A stretch of 64,000 nucleotides of DNA. Source: Lama glama. Its lineage: Eukaryota. The notes under the pieces are model-generated. The model ran no database searches, was not told where the DNA came from, and was given only the letters and a program-made list of their open reading frames with translations. Location: contig CM052816.1 in NCBI GenBank assembly GCA_028534125.1, positions 65,722,001-65,786,000 on the forward strand. The letters run 5' to 3'. Shown here in pieces: positions 38,966 to 51,769 of the stretch. Numbering within the stretch: position 1 is the first letter of the stretch; the number at the start of each line of letters is the position of its first letter. The translations under genes were made by a program, and so were the position numbers.

Positions 38966-39073
38966 CACATTGTGAACCATAAATCTTCATCAAATATAAT
39001 CTCTTTAATTTGGAATCTACACATTGTGAACACTAAATCTTCATCAAATATAACCTCTTTAATTTGGAATCTA
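38966..39073. repeat. 54-bp tandem duplication
   Basis: 38966-39019 versus 39020-39073, 51 of 54 identical by eye. Confidence 0.92.
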
Positions 39074-39144
39074 TAGTCATTCAAACGTGCTTTTCTAGAG
39101 TTCTTTTTTAAAAAGTGGGATAATAAATTAATTATCAGTGTAAA

Positions 39145-39358
39145 CACTAGTTCTCAACTAGGGCAGATTTATCCCCAGGGAACATTTTGGCAATGAATAG
39201 GCACATTTTTGATTGTTTCAAGTTGGGAGAGTGGCTAATGATATCTAGTAGGTAGAGGAATAAGATGCTGTTAAACGTCCTCTAATACACAAGACAGCGC
39301 CCACGACAAAGAATTATTCAACCCAATATTTCAATAGTGCTAAGATTGGGAAACTCTA
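39145..39358 (+). mobile_element. MER20 hAT-Charlie MITE, near full length
   Basis: gttctcaac...catctagtaggtagagg-like...gatgctgttaaac...acaaagaattat...tcaatagtgc. Confidence 0.85.
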
Positions 39359-40079
39359 ATATAAACAAATTGGATTGGGGAATACTTTGAAGCTCTTTAA
39401 AGGCCTTTATTTATAGCCAGACAATTGATATTATTTATGTATTCATGAAAACACTTTCATCTTCCTCGTGGTAACCACTGGATAATGCTCTCTTAGCCTG
39501 GTTAAAAATAGACAACGGCTGTGAGGTTCAAATGGTCTAAAATATTCAGTGCTTCAAACCGTCCTGTCTTCTGATTTGTCTGAATTAGTGGCTTTATTGC
39601 ATTGTCAGGGCCTATTATTCTTTCAGTAGGGCTACTCCCAAGATTTCATTACAGAAAGCTGAATAAATGATCTCATCCATTCTTGTTGCTCCAGGCTAGG
39701 TACTAAACATTAATCTGCTTTTCAAGGTGAAGTGAAAAATACTAGATGAAATTACACAGGAGATAACAAATATTGAGCGACTATCCCATTGGCCTGGTGG
39801 ATCGATGTTCTGCTGGACTCTGGTCACCCGTCCCCATGTCTCCATGCCTGGGCACATCATTTGTGAATGTGTGAGCCATGTGTGGGTTTTCATCAGAACC
39901 AGCTGATTCTCATAGCAGAGGGCAAGTTTCATAAGGGGAGAAGTCTGGGAGAAAGGGGAATACTTTCTCTAATAAGAGGACCTTCATTCCACTAAATAAA
40001 ACTTCTAATTATCATCAGGATTTCTTTGAACACTTCCCACATCTGGGTAAAAATTATTGGCTGTCACAGTTCGAACTAG

Positions 40080-41230
40080 AATGTGTATTTCCAGCTCCTC
40101 ATTGCCTCCTCAAATCCAGAGCGGCATATACAACTGTCTACTATCAAAGGGTCCTCCGGAGAACTCAGACTCAATATATTGGAAATGAAAATTACCTAGG
40201 GACCCTTACCATCTTACATTTCCTCCATGATCCATGGCATTTACCAGAAAGTCATCCCCTCCCTCAGCCTAACCACTGTCCCTATCTGGTATCAGGGATG
40301 TTCTTTCTCCTTCCTTTTATTGCCATCCCCAGGGCACTATCCTGCCTTAAGCCCTTGTCCTCTTTTGCCTGGAAGTTTCCTAGCCTCGTCATTGACTTCT
40401 TTATTCTACTGTCATCCTCCTTCCTATGGTCATCCACAAATTAATTCTCTAAAATTGCATCATCACACCTCCATGCTTAGACCAGTAGCTTTTTTTAAAA
40501 AATTCTTATTTTTTTATTGAAGTGTAGTCAGTTTACAATGTTAGTTTTAGGTGTACAGCCAAAACAAATCAGTTATACATATACACACATATATGTTTGT
40601 TTCCAGATTCTTTTCCATTACAGCTCATTACAAGAAATTAAATATAATTCCCTGTGCTATACAGCAGAAACTTGTTGTTTATCTATTTTGTATATAGTCA
40701 TGTGTATCTATTAATCCCAAACTCCTTATGTATTCCTCCCCACCTTACCTCCCTGGTAACCACAGTTTGTTTTCTGTGTCTGTGAGTCTATTTCCGCTAG
40801 TAGCTTTCTATTGCCTACAAAAAAGCCTCAATGCCAAAGGTTTGTGAGCTGCTCCCCTCACATCCTCCATCCTTGTAAATCTCCCTTATCACCCACATGT
40901 ACTCTGCATTTTAGGTGTAAGAAACTACTAAATATACCTATTTTTAGCCTGGAGTTTCTCTCTCCCCCTCTTTTATGATGAACCCCAGCTCATCCTGCAG
41001 GTCTTTTTCGTTAATCCTTTCCAAATGCCCTATTTCCAAGTGGAAATTTCTTCTTTAGGGAGCTGCTGTTTCTTTTCTTATATGTCTATCAGGGCATTAC
41101 ACATGCATCACAGTTATTTTTATATGTATGTGTGTGTGTACATGTGTATATATTCTATCTTTCCTACTGTTGAAGAGTGTCATGATGGCAAACAGCTGTT
41201 TAAGGAAGAATAATTTGACAATAGCTTGCA
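40080..41230 (+). mobile_element. L2 remnant interrupted by L1
   Basis: Pyrimidine-rich L2 sense motifs on both sides of the L1. Confidence 0.55.
40493..40798 (-). mobile_element. L1 3' end
   Basis: ttattgaagtgtagtcagtttacaatgtt...ccctgtgctatacag...ctgtgagtct, with TSD AGTAGCTTT at 40484-40492 and 40799-40807. Confidence 0.9.
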
Positions 41231-41656
41231 GCATAAATTGAAATGGGAAAGACTGGATCTCTGTCCTGATAGAAATAAACAGGGTAAAATCCTGACAGAA
41301 ACAATTTCATTATGATTACAAAAGACAGAAATAATTGATTACAATTGTGAGAACCTCTAAAAAGGAGACAAGGGCCCAGTAAGAGTATATAAATAGGTAC
41401 CTAACATAGTCTGAGCATTTGGAAAATGTTTCCCTGGAGATGATGAGGCCTGAAGATGAGTAACATGTTCTACAGAGAACTGTGTGAGTAAAGCCCTGAT
41501 ATGAATGTCAAAGAAACTAAAAGGATAAGATGTCTGAAATATGATGAGGGAGGGTGGAGAGTGGCAAAAATAAAGTGAGGGAGATTGCTCTTAAAAGTAA
41601 ATTAACAATGACTATAACTCAATGAAAAAAAAAGTTTAAAAATAAAAGTAAATTAA

Positions 41657-42055
41657 TGATAAGTGAAGTAAGTCCAACAGAGGTAGACAAATATCATGGG
41701 ATATCACTTATATGTGGAATCTAGAAAATGACACAAATAAACGTATTTACAAAACAGAAACAGACTCACAGACATAGAAAACAAACTTATGGTTCCCAAA
41801 GGGAAAAGAAAGGGAAGGGATAAATTAGGAGTTTGTGATTAACAGATACAAACTCCTAGATATAAAATAGATAAACAACAAGGTCCTACTGTACTGTAGC
41901 ACAGGGAACTATATTCAATCCCTTGTAGTAACCTATAATGGGAAAGAATCTGAAAAAGAATACATATAAAAATATATAACTGAATCACTTTACTGCACAC
42001 CAGAAACTAACACAACATTGTAAACCAACTATATTTCAATTTTAAAATGATAAAG
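41657..42055 (+). mobile_element. 5'-truncated L1 (ORF2 tip plus 3' UTR)
   Basis: taagtgaagtaagtc...gatatcacttatatgtggaatct...actaacacaacattgtaaa, flanked by AAAAGTAAATTAA. Confidence 0.92.
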
Positions 42056-42628
42056 AAAAGTAAATTAACAAAATAATTCTTAATTTCATTTTGGAGAGAA
42101 ACATTAATGATTATTTAATGTGCTTCACTCACTGGAGATGCAATTTGAAAACATATCCTTTGTGTCTTATTTATCATTGAGGATTTTAAAACACTGAAAT
42201 GAACAGTAGGTAATGTTTTCCAACTGATATTAAAAAAGGTATATGTTCCAATCCATTGAAAACTGTTAAATATTAATAAAAATTAAAAGTCATAAATATT
42301 AACCTTTGTCCCTTTACATCAGCTTAGAATTTGCTCATCACCTAACCATACAGCCTCTCCTTTGCCAAAAAGAGTAAAATGAGACTATTTAGAATATTTA
42401 GAATGTTTACTGCCGTGAAGTACAGGAGACTGTAGACTATCACAGTGACCTTCATGTGTGAGTCACATTTCTACATCCAGTTAGAGACATCATATTACTT
42501 ACTCACTGTTGGGAACTTCTTTCAATTTTTTTCTTTTTTGTTGTTTTGTTTTTGTTTCCCATGGATTTTATCTTGCACTGAACATGATTACTACATAGAT
42601 AAACTCATACTATAAAGATAAGGCTTTT

Positions 42629-42726
42629 GGTGGGAGAGGGTAATAGCTCAGTGGTAAAGCATATGCTTAGCATGCATGAGGTCCTGGGTTCAATCCTCAG
42701 GACCTCCATTTTAAAGAGAGAGAGAG
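42629..42726 (+). mobile_element. tRNA-derived SINE (camelid Vic-1-like), short form
   Basis: A box tagctcagtggt, B box ggttcaatcc, (GA)n tail, TSD AAGGCTTTT at 42620-42628 and 42727-42735. Confidence 0.85.
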
Positions 42727-45700
42727 AAGGCTTTTATTATCACCCTTTATTTTACTTTGTAAGCTGTGATAGATGAAATAGTGAATTCTGACAAGCATTC
42801 TAGGCTTAGGATAGCACCTCACTATCAAACAGGGTACATATTGCTGTAAAAGGTCTGAAAGAAGCAAAAACAAAAGAAGGTGAGTGAGCAGTCAATCCCC
42901 TGACAGACTTTGAAATAAGAGTGAAGGCTTTGAACTTGATCACTATGGCCCTGTTGTCTGCAGCCCTAAGAGGAGGACGGATCCAGCAAAGAAGATAGTT
43001 GTGCCAGTGGTGATAAGGAGAGGTGCCCTGGAGAGAAGACGTGTGTTGAGAAGGAAGTTGCAGGTGTCCAAGGGAAAGCTAATCAGCTTCCCAGACAAGA
43101 TGGAATGTGTTCTAAATTTCAAAAGACAGTCAGGGCTTCATTCATGTGGTTTTCAGTAGCTCATGACGTGACTCATCCTTTAAGCCTCGTCATCCCCAGG
43201 GAAACATTCCCTAAATGCCCAGACTGTGTTAAGTACCTATTTATATCCTCTTATTACACCATTATCTTCCTTTTTAGCAGTTCTCACATTTGTAATCCCA
43301 TATTTATGTATTTTGTTGTCTAAGAGCCTCCTTCCATCTCCAATTATGGGACCATGAGAACAGGGTCTAAGCCAGCATCTTAACCCATGGTGTGTCCAGT
43401 GCTTTGTGCAAGGCCTGGAATACAATAGGCGTTTAATCGATGTCTATGAAACATGTTATTCCGACTGGGAATAAGAAAGTAATCAGACACAGTAAATAAA
43501 CATGTACCTTTTGGAGAAACATTAAATTCATTCTAGCAACTTCCAAACGTACATCTCAAGCCCCAACCACTCTTCCCATTTAAACTTGTATCATTCTCAC
43601 TGCTTTAAATTATTATTGGAGTGTTCTCATGGCCAAAATTGAACTCGTTGTCTTACTCTATAAGTCTATTTCTTTTCTTCTATTCCTTGATTAGAAGGCC
43701 TAATGGATTGCTTATGCCCCAATTATCCAAACTAGAAATGTAAGAGTCGTCTTAGTCACCTTCCTTTATTTCACCTCCCTCCCTCATCGAATTCTCTTTT
43801 ACCTACTGTTAAATTCTTCCATCAGTCACTTCCACTCTGTTTTTACTAATACTGTCCATTAATGTGATCTACTACTAGAGTCTCTTAAATGGTCTGTGCC
43901 TCACTGATTTCTGTGTAATCCACCCAGAACAGCTTTGTGTGCATTGGTTTGTTTTCACTGTTGTAGTGACACTTACTTTTCTGCAACACTAGTAAATTAC
44001 ACCAAAATCCTCTGGGTGATAGGTACTCAGTTCCAAAGTTTTACGATGACCCCAAGTATAAAAATAGAAAATTCTACCTTTGTGGTGTTTCTTCTTGAGC
44101 AATGACTGAGTTTCAAAAACAATGAATTTGCCTAATTTGCATGATGAAAACATTTAAAATTCCTCTAAGACTTCTTAAAATCTGAGCTTATGATTGTATG
44201 AGAATTCACTGTACATCAGCTCACAAAACATATAAGCTTCAGCTTATCATAATAAATAAAGAATTAGTGGCATTTAATTACTGATTTTTAATCCAGGTAA
44301 AAGGTGGAAAGCTATATATACATATAGCTACAGAAGTCTCAACGTCTGTTGAATAGTCAAAATTATTTAGCTCGCCCTTATGATGGGTATACAGTTTTTC
44401 TAAATTTGCAGCTGCCCTTCTGGACCCTGCCACCTTGACTGAAAATATATGCTCTTGTTTATGCTGTTATTTCTGAACAATGTATACTGGTATCTGATGT
44501 ATGATGAGTCATATGGTACTGGTGTTGCCGTGGTAATTGCTTATGCAATAATGAGAACATCAAGGATACGGGCAGCTTTCTCTTCTCTCGAGTTTCTGTT
44601 GTCTTCTCTCTCTCTCTCTCCCTTTAGGAAACCAGTGGCTATGACACCAAGAGTAACACAATCAAAATTTCCCTTTCTATTGTTTGTTGGTAGAATTCAT
44701 CCTCTGCTAGCAAGGGAATTCTTGGACATTCTGACTTGTAAGAGATTTTGCATCTCCTTGATATTTCTTTTTGTCACTAAACTTTTCTTGTCTCTGGAGG
44801 AAAAATAATTTGAATCCTAAGGCTGATATGTGCAGAAATCCAGTATGAAAAGTTCTGTGAAAGCAGAACATTCCAGCCCTAGGATTGGTTGCCATTGTCT
44901 CTGACTTCAGTACCTGTTCAAAATCACCTCAAAAAAGAATTGGAAAGTGAAAGTTAACCTTCACATCCCTAGCAGTTTTTACTGTACCACTCTAGACACT
45001 CCATGTCAGAGTTGGATTTAAGTTACCACAGGGATGATTGGAGTTAAGTTACTCAGGGGCTAATGATATTTATAGAGGCTATTGAAAAATTTAACATGTG
45101 CTATGACTAAGGAGATACTGTAAAAGAACAATTCAGTAGAACTGCACTGTGTAAGCACTTAATAGTGCAAGTTCAAATATACATATTAAGCAAAACAGGA
45201 GAGAAAAAGGAGAGAGAAATAACAATTTAAATAGGCAATTCCACCTTCTCCACCTGCCACTGCATTGAATGGATCTATGTCCAATAGTAAGGGTAAGGGG
45301 ATTTGAATCTTCTGTTCTCGCCCTGCCTCAGTTCCCTAGGGTCTGTCATAGTGTGACCATCTTGCCTTACATTTGGGTGATTTAAAGGATTCTCCATGGT
45401 AATATTGACTAGACTGGATTCTCGCCACAAAGGGTGATGTTAGAACATAGCTTAAATAAGATCTGACCCAACTGAAGTTTGTATTACTCCACCATCAAAA
45501 GGTATATCTCTGTTTACAGACATTCTTATATTCGATTTAAGAAGGAACTCCAACATTGATATTAAGTATAATTAGCCTCATTTGCAGAGTTAAACAGATA
45601 CTAAGATTGCATGCACACCAGAAATAAAAGTGTCATACAGGAATGTCTTGTATGCATGGGCATTTCAGTTCATGATCCAGCCGAGCTGTATTTTCTAGTC

Positions 45701-46011
45701 AGCTTTCTGTAAGTCATGTGCATGGAACTGTATGGATACCAACACAGAGCACACAGAGCCTGGGCTCAGGAGCTTATAGTCTAAAGAGAGAACACAAGTA
45801 CAAAACATAAATAACTGATTCACGAGATCCAGATATCAGTAAATTTTTTCATTTATTTATTCATTCACTCCTGTATTCACCCAGTCAAGAACACTTCCTG
45901 AACAGGCATTGAGTTCAAAGTTCTCTGCTAGGATTGTAAAACTGGGTAAGATGAATTTCCAGCCTTCAGAAAGATCACAGTCTAGCTGCTCAGGCAAAAA
46001 TTCAGATTAGA

Positions 46012-46168
46012 GGGGAGGGTATATAGCTCAATGGTGGAGGACATGCTTAACATGCATGAAGCCCTGGGTTCAATCCCCAGGTACCTCCATTAAAAATAAA
46101 TAAATAAGTAAACCTAATTATCCCCCCCCAATTTTTTTTTTAACAAAGAACAATTCAAATAAAAAAAA
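46012..46168 (+). mobile_element. tRNA-derived SINE (Vic-1-like)
   Basis: ggggagggtatatagctcaatggt...catgcatgaagccctgggttcaatcccc...aaacctaattatccccc plus A-rich tail. Confidence 0.88.
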
Positions 46169-47098
46169 TTGAACTGTAAACACATAAAGACTTCAAGGAT
46201 CATTCCCCAGAGGCACATAGGTCCAAACACCACCACCTGCTCAGGGAAGATCTTACAAATTAAATCATGAAAGAGAATGAGGCTTTCTCCTGAAAGGCAG
46301 TGCCTGGCAGAGAATGAACTCACTAGCTAGCACTTCATAATTTACAAAGTACATTTCCATGTATCATCACCTTTGGTTCTCACATCAACTATGAGAAAAC
46401 TGAGACCCTGAGAGTTCAAGGGTCTTGCTCTCACAGCCATAGACTTACTTAAATGCTAGAATTGGTACTTGAGTCCCAGTCATCTCTCTACGTTTCATAA
46501 CTGTATTCATAGAGAAAGCAGAAGCAAAACGCTTTAGTCGCTCCGAGAAGGGAGAGTTTAGTTGCAACTGGGGACATCGTAGAATTAATGCTTCATGGGC
46601 AAAATGGCATTTGGTCTTGAAGTTTGCACTTAGTTTTGTAGAGTTGAGACTCTGGCACAGGTATGGGTATGGTTAAAGTAAGTGAGCATTTATAGGGGGA
46701 AAGAAACTACAAGTGTGGCCAAAACTTAATGAACTTGAGAAGTAATCATAGGAAATAAAATTGGAGAGAGTGAGACTATATTAGGGACATAAAATCAGGC
46801 TAAGGAATTTTTCCTAAGCCAAGGTGAGTTGAAGGTTGAACATTTTTGAACAGGAGAATTCTAGGATCTTAGCTTTGCTTAAGAAAGAATAAAATGGCAT
46901 CAATGAAGAGACATTTTGGAGCAGAAGAAGATAGAATAAGGAGAGCAGTGAGGGGAGTAAAAGCAATAATCTACTCTAGAGGTAATACTGATATTACAAG
47001 ATGACATACAAGATGATGGATTAATATTATTTTTTGTTGTTCTTTTTGTATAGTTTATATTTTCTACAGTGACTATAAAAATTTGTGAGGAAAGTGGT

Positions 47099-47839
47099 TT
47101 TTTATTGAAGTATAGTTGATTAACTATGTTGTGTTAGTTTCAGATGTGCAAGGTGATTTGGTTATACATATATATGTATATACCTATACTTATTTTTAAT
47201 TTTCCATTATAGCTTTTTATAAGATATTGAATATAGTTCCCTGTGCTATACAGTAGGTCCTTGTTGTTTATCTGTTTTATATATAGTGATATGGTGATAT
47301 ACATCTATTAATTCCATACTCCCAGTTTATCCCCACCCTGTTCCCCTTTGGTAACCATAAGTTTGTTTTCTATGTCTAGGTCTCTTTCTGTTTTGTAAAT
47401 CATTTCATTTGTACTAATTTTTTTAGAGTTCACATAAAAGTGATATCACACAATATTTGTCCTTCTCTGACTTACTTCACTTAGTATAATAACTTCTAGG
47501 TCCATTCATGTTGCTGCAAATGGCATTATTTCGGTTTTTTTTTTATGGCTGAGTAATATATATATATCATATATATCTTCTTTATCCATTCATCTGTTGA
47601 TGGACATTTAGTTTGCTTCCATATCTTGGCTGTTGTAAATGGTGCTGCTGTGAACATTGGGATGCATGTGTCTTTTCAAATGAGAGCTTTTGTCTTTTCT
47701 GGATATATGCCCAGGAGTGGTATTGCTGGATCATATGGTAACTCTATTTTTGGTTTTTTAAGGAACCTCCAGACTGTTTTCCATAATGGCTGCACCAATT
47801 TAAGTTCCCACCAATGGTGTAGGAGGGTTCCCTTTTCTT
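47099..47839 (-). mobile_element. 5'-truncated L1, about 740 bp
   Basis: Antisense 3' UTR and ORF2 end: tccattcatctgttgatggacattta, ggatatatgcccaggagtgg, aaggaacctcca. Confidence 0.95.
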
Positions 47840-49414
47840 AACGAAGTTTTTTTTTTTTTAAAGAGAGCATATATTTAGGGCCTAACCTGAAGTGGTACAT
47901 GTAGTAATAAAATGGGTGTGAGGGAGACATATGGAGGAAGGATCGGCAAAGACTTGAAAATCTGTATAAGAAGAAAAAAGAGGATGCTGTTTCTGTGATG
48001 ATGTGATACCTGGACACCACAATTACTCTGGGATTTCTGGCAAAAGACTTGCAGAGTTAACAGAAATAGGGACTAGGAAGAGGAACAGCATGTTGGAGAG
48101 TGAAAACAGTGGCTTACTGATGAATAAACTGATTTTGAGAATTTTTCAGGACAAATAGATGGAGAACAGCAAACAAATATCAAAGAGTAAAAAGAAGTCA
48201 GAGTTGGGAACCAAGGATGGCTAAGCATAGATCCTTGGGGGAACATCTACATTTGTGAGTTGGACTTTGCTGAATTTAAGTTTAATTTTTTTTTTCTTAG
48301 AGTCAGAGTCAGTTCCTTTTTCATTTATTTGTTTCCACTTCAGAACTTTACTTTCACCCTGAAATTTATTGTGCAGACCTCTAAATGCAGCTTGAATAGA
48401 AGATAAATAATTTACAGAAACATCCAAAATACATCAGACTTTGTTCCTAAATATTTTATTGCTAAGATCACCTAGATGTTGGCTAAATTGTAAGACGCAT
48501 AAATTGCAAGGGCTTTGTAGAATAGCATTCATTTTTAAACCGACTGTGAATTTCAAATCAAATTGTCAAATTGAATCCTGAACCTTTTGGTAACCAACAA
48601 ATGCTTTCAAAAAGTAAATATTAACAGCAAGACACAGATGATCCAGTGCTGATCTGTTCTACTATTATTATTTTCTCGGAAATAAATAGTAAATGAGAAT
48701 GTTGAAGTGGCATAGTTGCCAGAAATCAACCCAAATTGGCCTGATGGTTAGGGATGCGTTGATCATGGATAGAACTACATAATTTTGGAATTATAGAGGA
48801 CAACAGGGAAGGAACCAACAAAAAATAACGTGCTATTACCCAGTCCCTGGAGAGAAATATGTTCATAGCCACAGGGTGAGAATTAGCTGTGAGATTGTGT
48901 TCTATCATTTTCTATTATATTGGTTGTAAAAAAAAAAGAAAGAAAGAAAGTTAAAATAACCTCTTGCTTTTAACCAAACATTTCTTACTGAAAATTCAAT
49001 AGGCACACTTTTGTCTTGTTTGTCCAGATGTGGTATTTGTGTTACTCCTTTTTAGTTGTTCTGAAAGCAGTTTTATCAGTACTTAGGTACATTCTTTTCC
49101 CAGGAGCTTGGGTATTTTATTGAGATTGTTTCAAATGCACTTAATGTCCTCTCTAATGGATTTATTTATCTTTTTCCCAAAGCCTTCTTTTCACTTAGCC
49201 AGAGCAATTACTTTTCATGTACCTTATAATGTGAGGACCTCATTACTATAACCTATAGATTATGGCACTTTGATATTTCATACGTGCTTTTAATATGATA
49301 TATATCATATACAACTTACAAATAAAAATCTGTGAAGAATTTATTACTTCAGATTTCTTTTATAGAGAATTGTTATAAAGGATGTATAGTCAATACTTTA
49401 AAATAATAATTGGA

Positions 49415-49559
49415 AGAGAAGAAGGTATAGCTCAGTGGTAGAGTACGTGTCTAGCATGCATGAAGTCTTGAGTTCAATCCCCAGTACTTCCTTTAAAAAA
49501 AATTAAATAAATAAACCGAATTACCCCCCTCAAAAAAATAAAGTAAATAAATAAATAAT
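49415..49559 (+). mobile_element. tRNA-derived SINE (Vic-1-like), more diverged
   Basis: ggtatagctcagtggtagag...gagttcaatccccagtac...aaaccgaattacccccc plus (TAAA)n tail. Confidence 0.85.
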
Positions 49560-50682
49560 AAGATAATATTAGAAAATTTAAAAGATGAGTAGATCAGTTT
49601 ATATGCTATGCTGTGACTTCATAGACAATATTCTCAAAAATTGGAATATATCCTGGAGGTTAAAATATTTCATACAGATATAATATAAATGTAGAAGTAT
49701 AATTTTATCAGAATTTTTTATAGTGGTATTTGGCTACAGATCCACTGACCTGAAGTATTTTGCGGGTAGATGCTAAGTATGTCAAGGCAGCTGGCATAAA
49801 GCGTAGGAAAAAACACTACTCCCTTAGCTGGCAAGTAGATGTGAATTTCCTACTTCTGACTTTGGTCATTCTGTAATGAATCAAATGTTTACTCTGACCT
49901 ACTTAAAACATCTGGATAATTCTAATCTGGGGACATATTGCTTTAGATATACTGAATGCAGAAAATTGGTAGAATTTTACATTTCTTCTCTTGATAAATG
50001 AGATTGCCTTAAGTTTTGTAATACACAAAGATTCACGAGTGCTTAGCTCTCCTCCTTTGTTTTTCCATTTAGTTAAAATCTCCTACTTTCTATCTATCAC
50101 ACACATAATTCTTAAGAGAGCAAACATCTGGATTATTATCAGCAGTTCTTGAACAGACCAAGGTTTCACTATCAGACTACTATCCTCCATAAAAAGAAAC
50201 CCAGGTGTACAAGCTATGCCTTGATACTGAATAACTCCTAGTTTTCTAGTTATTATTTTCTCAGAACAGCTCCAAGCAGTCTTGTTGGGATCTCCTCTGG
50301 GGCTCTTTGATAAATCAATTCCGGATTGAGATTGACATGAAGATAGAGCTTGGGGTGAAAGACAGAAAACAGCTGTGAACAAAATGATTCTCCTTTGAAA
50401 GGTAAACAAGTACAGGACATGCCAAGAAAAGGTAGCTGGAGTTGTTATTTTCCCTGAAAACTGTGAAAGACTTGACCCATACAGAAGAGTGGCGGATTAA
50501 CCTGCCGTCACACCCAGGGCTCATTGTCCCATTAAATTAAGATGACTGTTCTATTCTTTACAGACATTCTTAAAAATCAGTCATCCAGAATGGAAAAGGA
50601 AATTACCTATGTTCCCTTAACTCTGTCATTTGTCTCATTATGCAGTTGATCTCTCATTTATTTATTTCTCAGTTTTTAGACC

Positions 50683-51160
50683 TGCACTTGGCCAACAGAA
50701 ATACTGTGCAAGCCACATTTGTAATTTAAAGTGTCTGGTACCACATTTAAAAAATAAAAAACATAGATAAAATTAATTTCAATATACTATCATCAATATA
50801 CAATCAACCATTATTATTGGAATCAGTATATCAAATTAATAGTGTAATATTTAAATTCTTTCCTCCTTCTAGGTCTTTGACATCTTGTGTGTGTTTTATA
50901 TACATAGCAATTTAGATGCTAACTTTTCATCAAGCATGCTTGATCTGTAGTTAGGTTTTGTAAAATTTACAACTGGAAATTTAGATTCACCTTCTCAAGT
51001 TTCAGATACGCTTGAAAGTTTTCTAATAACTGAATCAACTATTGGGTTTTAAATTTTAAATATTAATTACTAACAATCAAATATAGTTCTTCAGTCGCAC
51101 TAGACCCCTATCAAGTCTGCAGTTGCTTGTGGCTGGTGGCTGCCGTATTGGACAGTCCAT
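50683..51160. mobile_element. Charlie4a/MER33-like DNA transposon
   Basis: gcaagccacatttgtaatttaaa...cttgatctgtagttag...tcagtcgcactag...tgtggctggtggctgccgtattggacag. Confidence 0.75.
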
Positions 51161-51169
51161 ATTTAATTG

Positions 51170-51396
51170 TCTGGTTTGAACTCAGACTCTGCCACTCGCT
51201 GACTGTGTTATCTTGAGAAAGTCGATTTCTCTTTTTGTGCCTTAGTTTCTTCATCTATCAAATGGAGATAATAATAGTACCCTCGTAAGAAAGTGGTTTT
51301 GAGGATTAAATGAAATAATACCAATTATACATGTAAAACACTTAACACAGTACCTGGTATATAATGAGCTCTCAACAAATACTAACTTTTATTATT
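51170..51396 (+). mobile_element. MIR SINE
   Basis: ctctgccact...gtttcttcatctatcaaatggagataataatagtacc...gaggattaaatga...ctcaacaaat. Confidence 0.85.
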
Positions 51397-51404
51397 ACTG
51401 TTGT

Positions 51405-51602
51405 TTTTTTATGTGTATATTCTTTATTTTTCTTAAAGTATAGTCAGTTTACAATGTTGGGTCAATTTCTGGTGTACAGCCTAATGCTTCAGACATACAT
51501 GAATATACATATATTTGTTTTCATATTCTTTTTCACCATAAGCTACTGCAAGATATTGGATATTGTTCTCTGTGCTATACAGTATATAAACTGTTCATCT
51601 AT
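51405..51602 (-). mobile_element. L1 3' end inserted in MIR tail
   Basis: agtatagtcagtttacaatgttgggtcaatttctggtgtacagc...ctgtgctatacagta, with degenerate TSD TTA[T/C]TACTGTT. Confidence 0.88.
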
Positions 51603-51769
51603 TTACTACTGTTTTTATTAGCATGTATTCACTTTTATGACTTATAAAATTATTAATTCTAAGTGTCTGGCAAAAGTAAACTTCTCCTCTTTGGGGTTTG
51701 TAAAGCAGACAGATGGTGAGCCAAGCGCAGAAATGTAAGCTCTTTTTGCTCTACATCTGTGTCTCTAAG

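Noticed and set aside
38151..39073. Repeat arrays as CRISPR-like
   Set aside because: Mammalian DNA, adjacent units with no unique spacers, and no cas genes.
42629..49559. Three tRNA-like sequences as tRNA genes
   Set aside because: A and B boxes are present, but they carry SINE tails and TSDs, diverge from one another and lack a proper acceptor stem.
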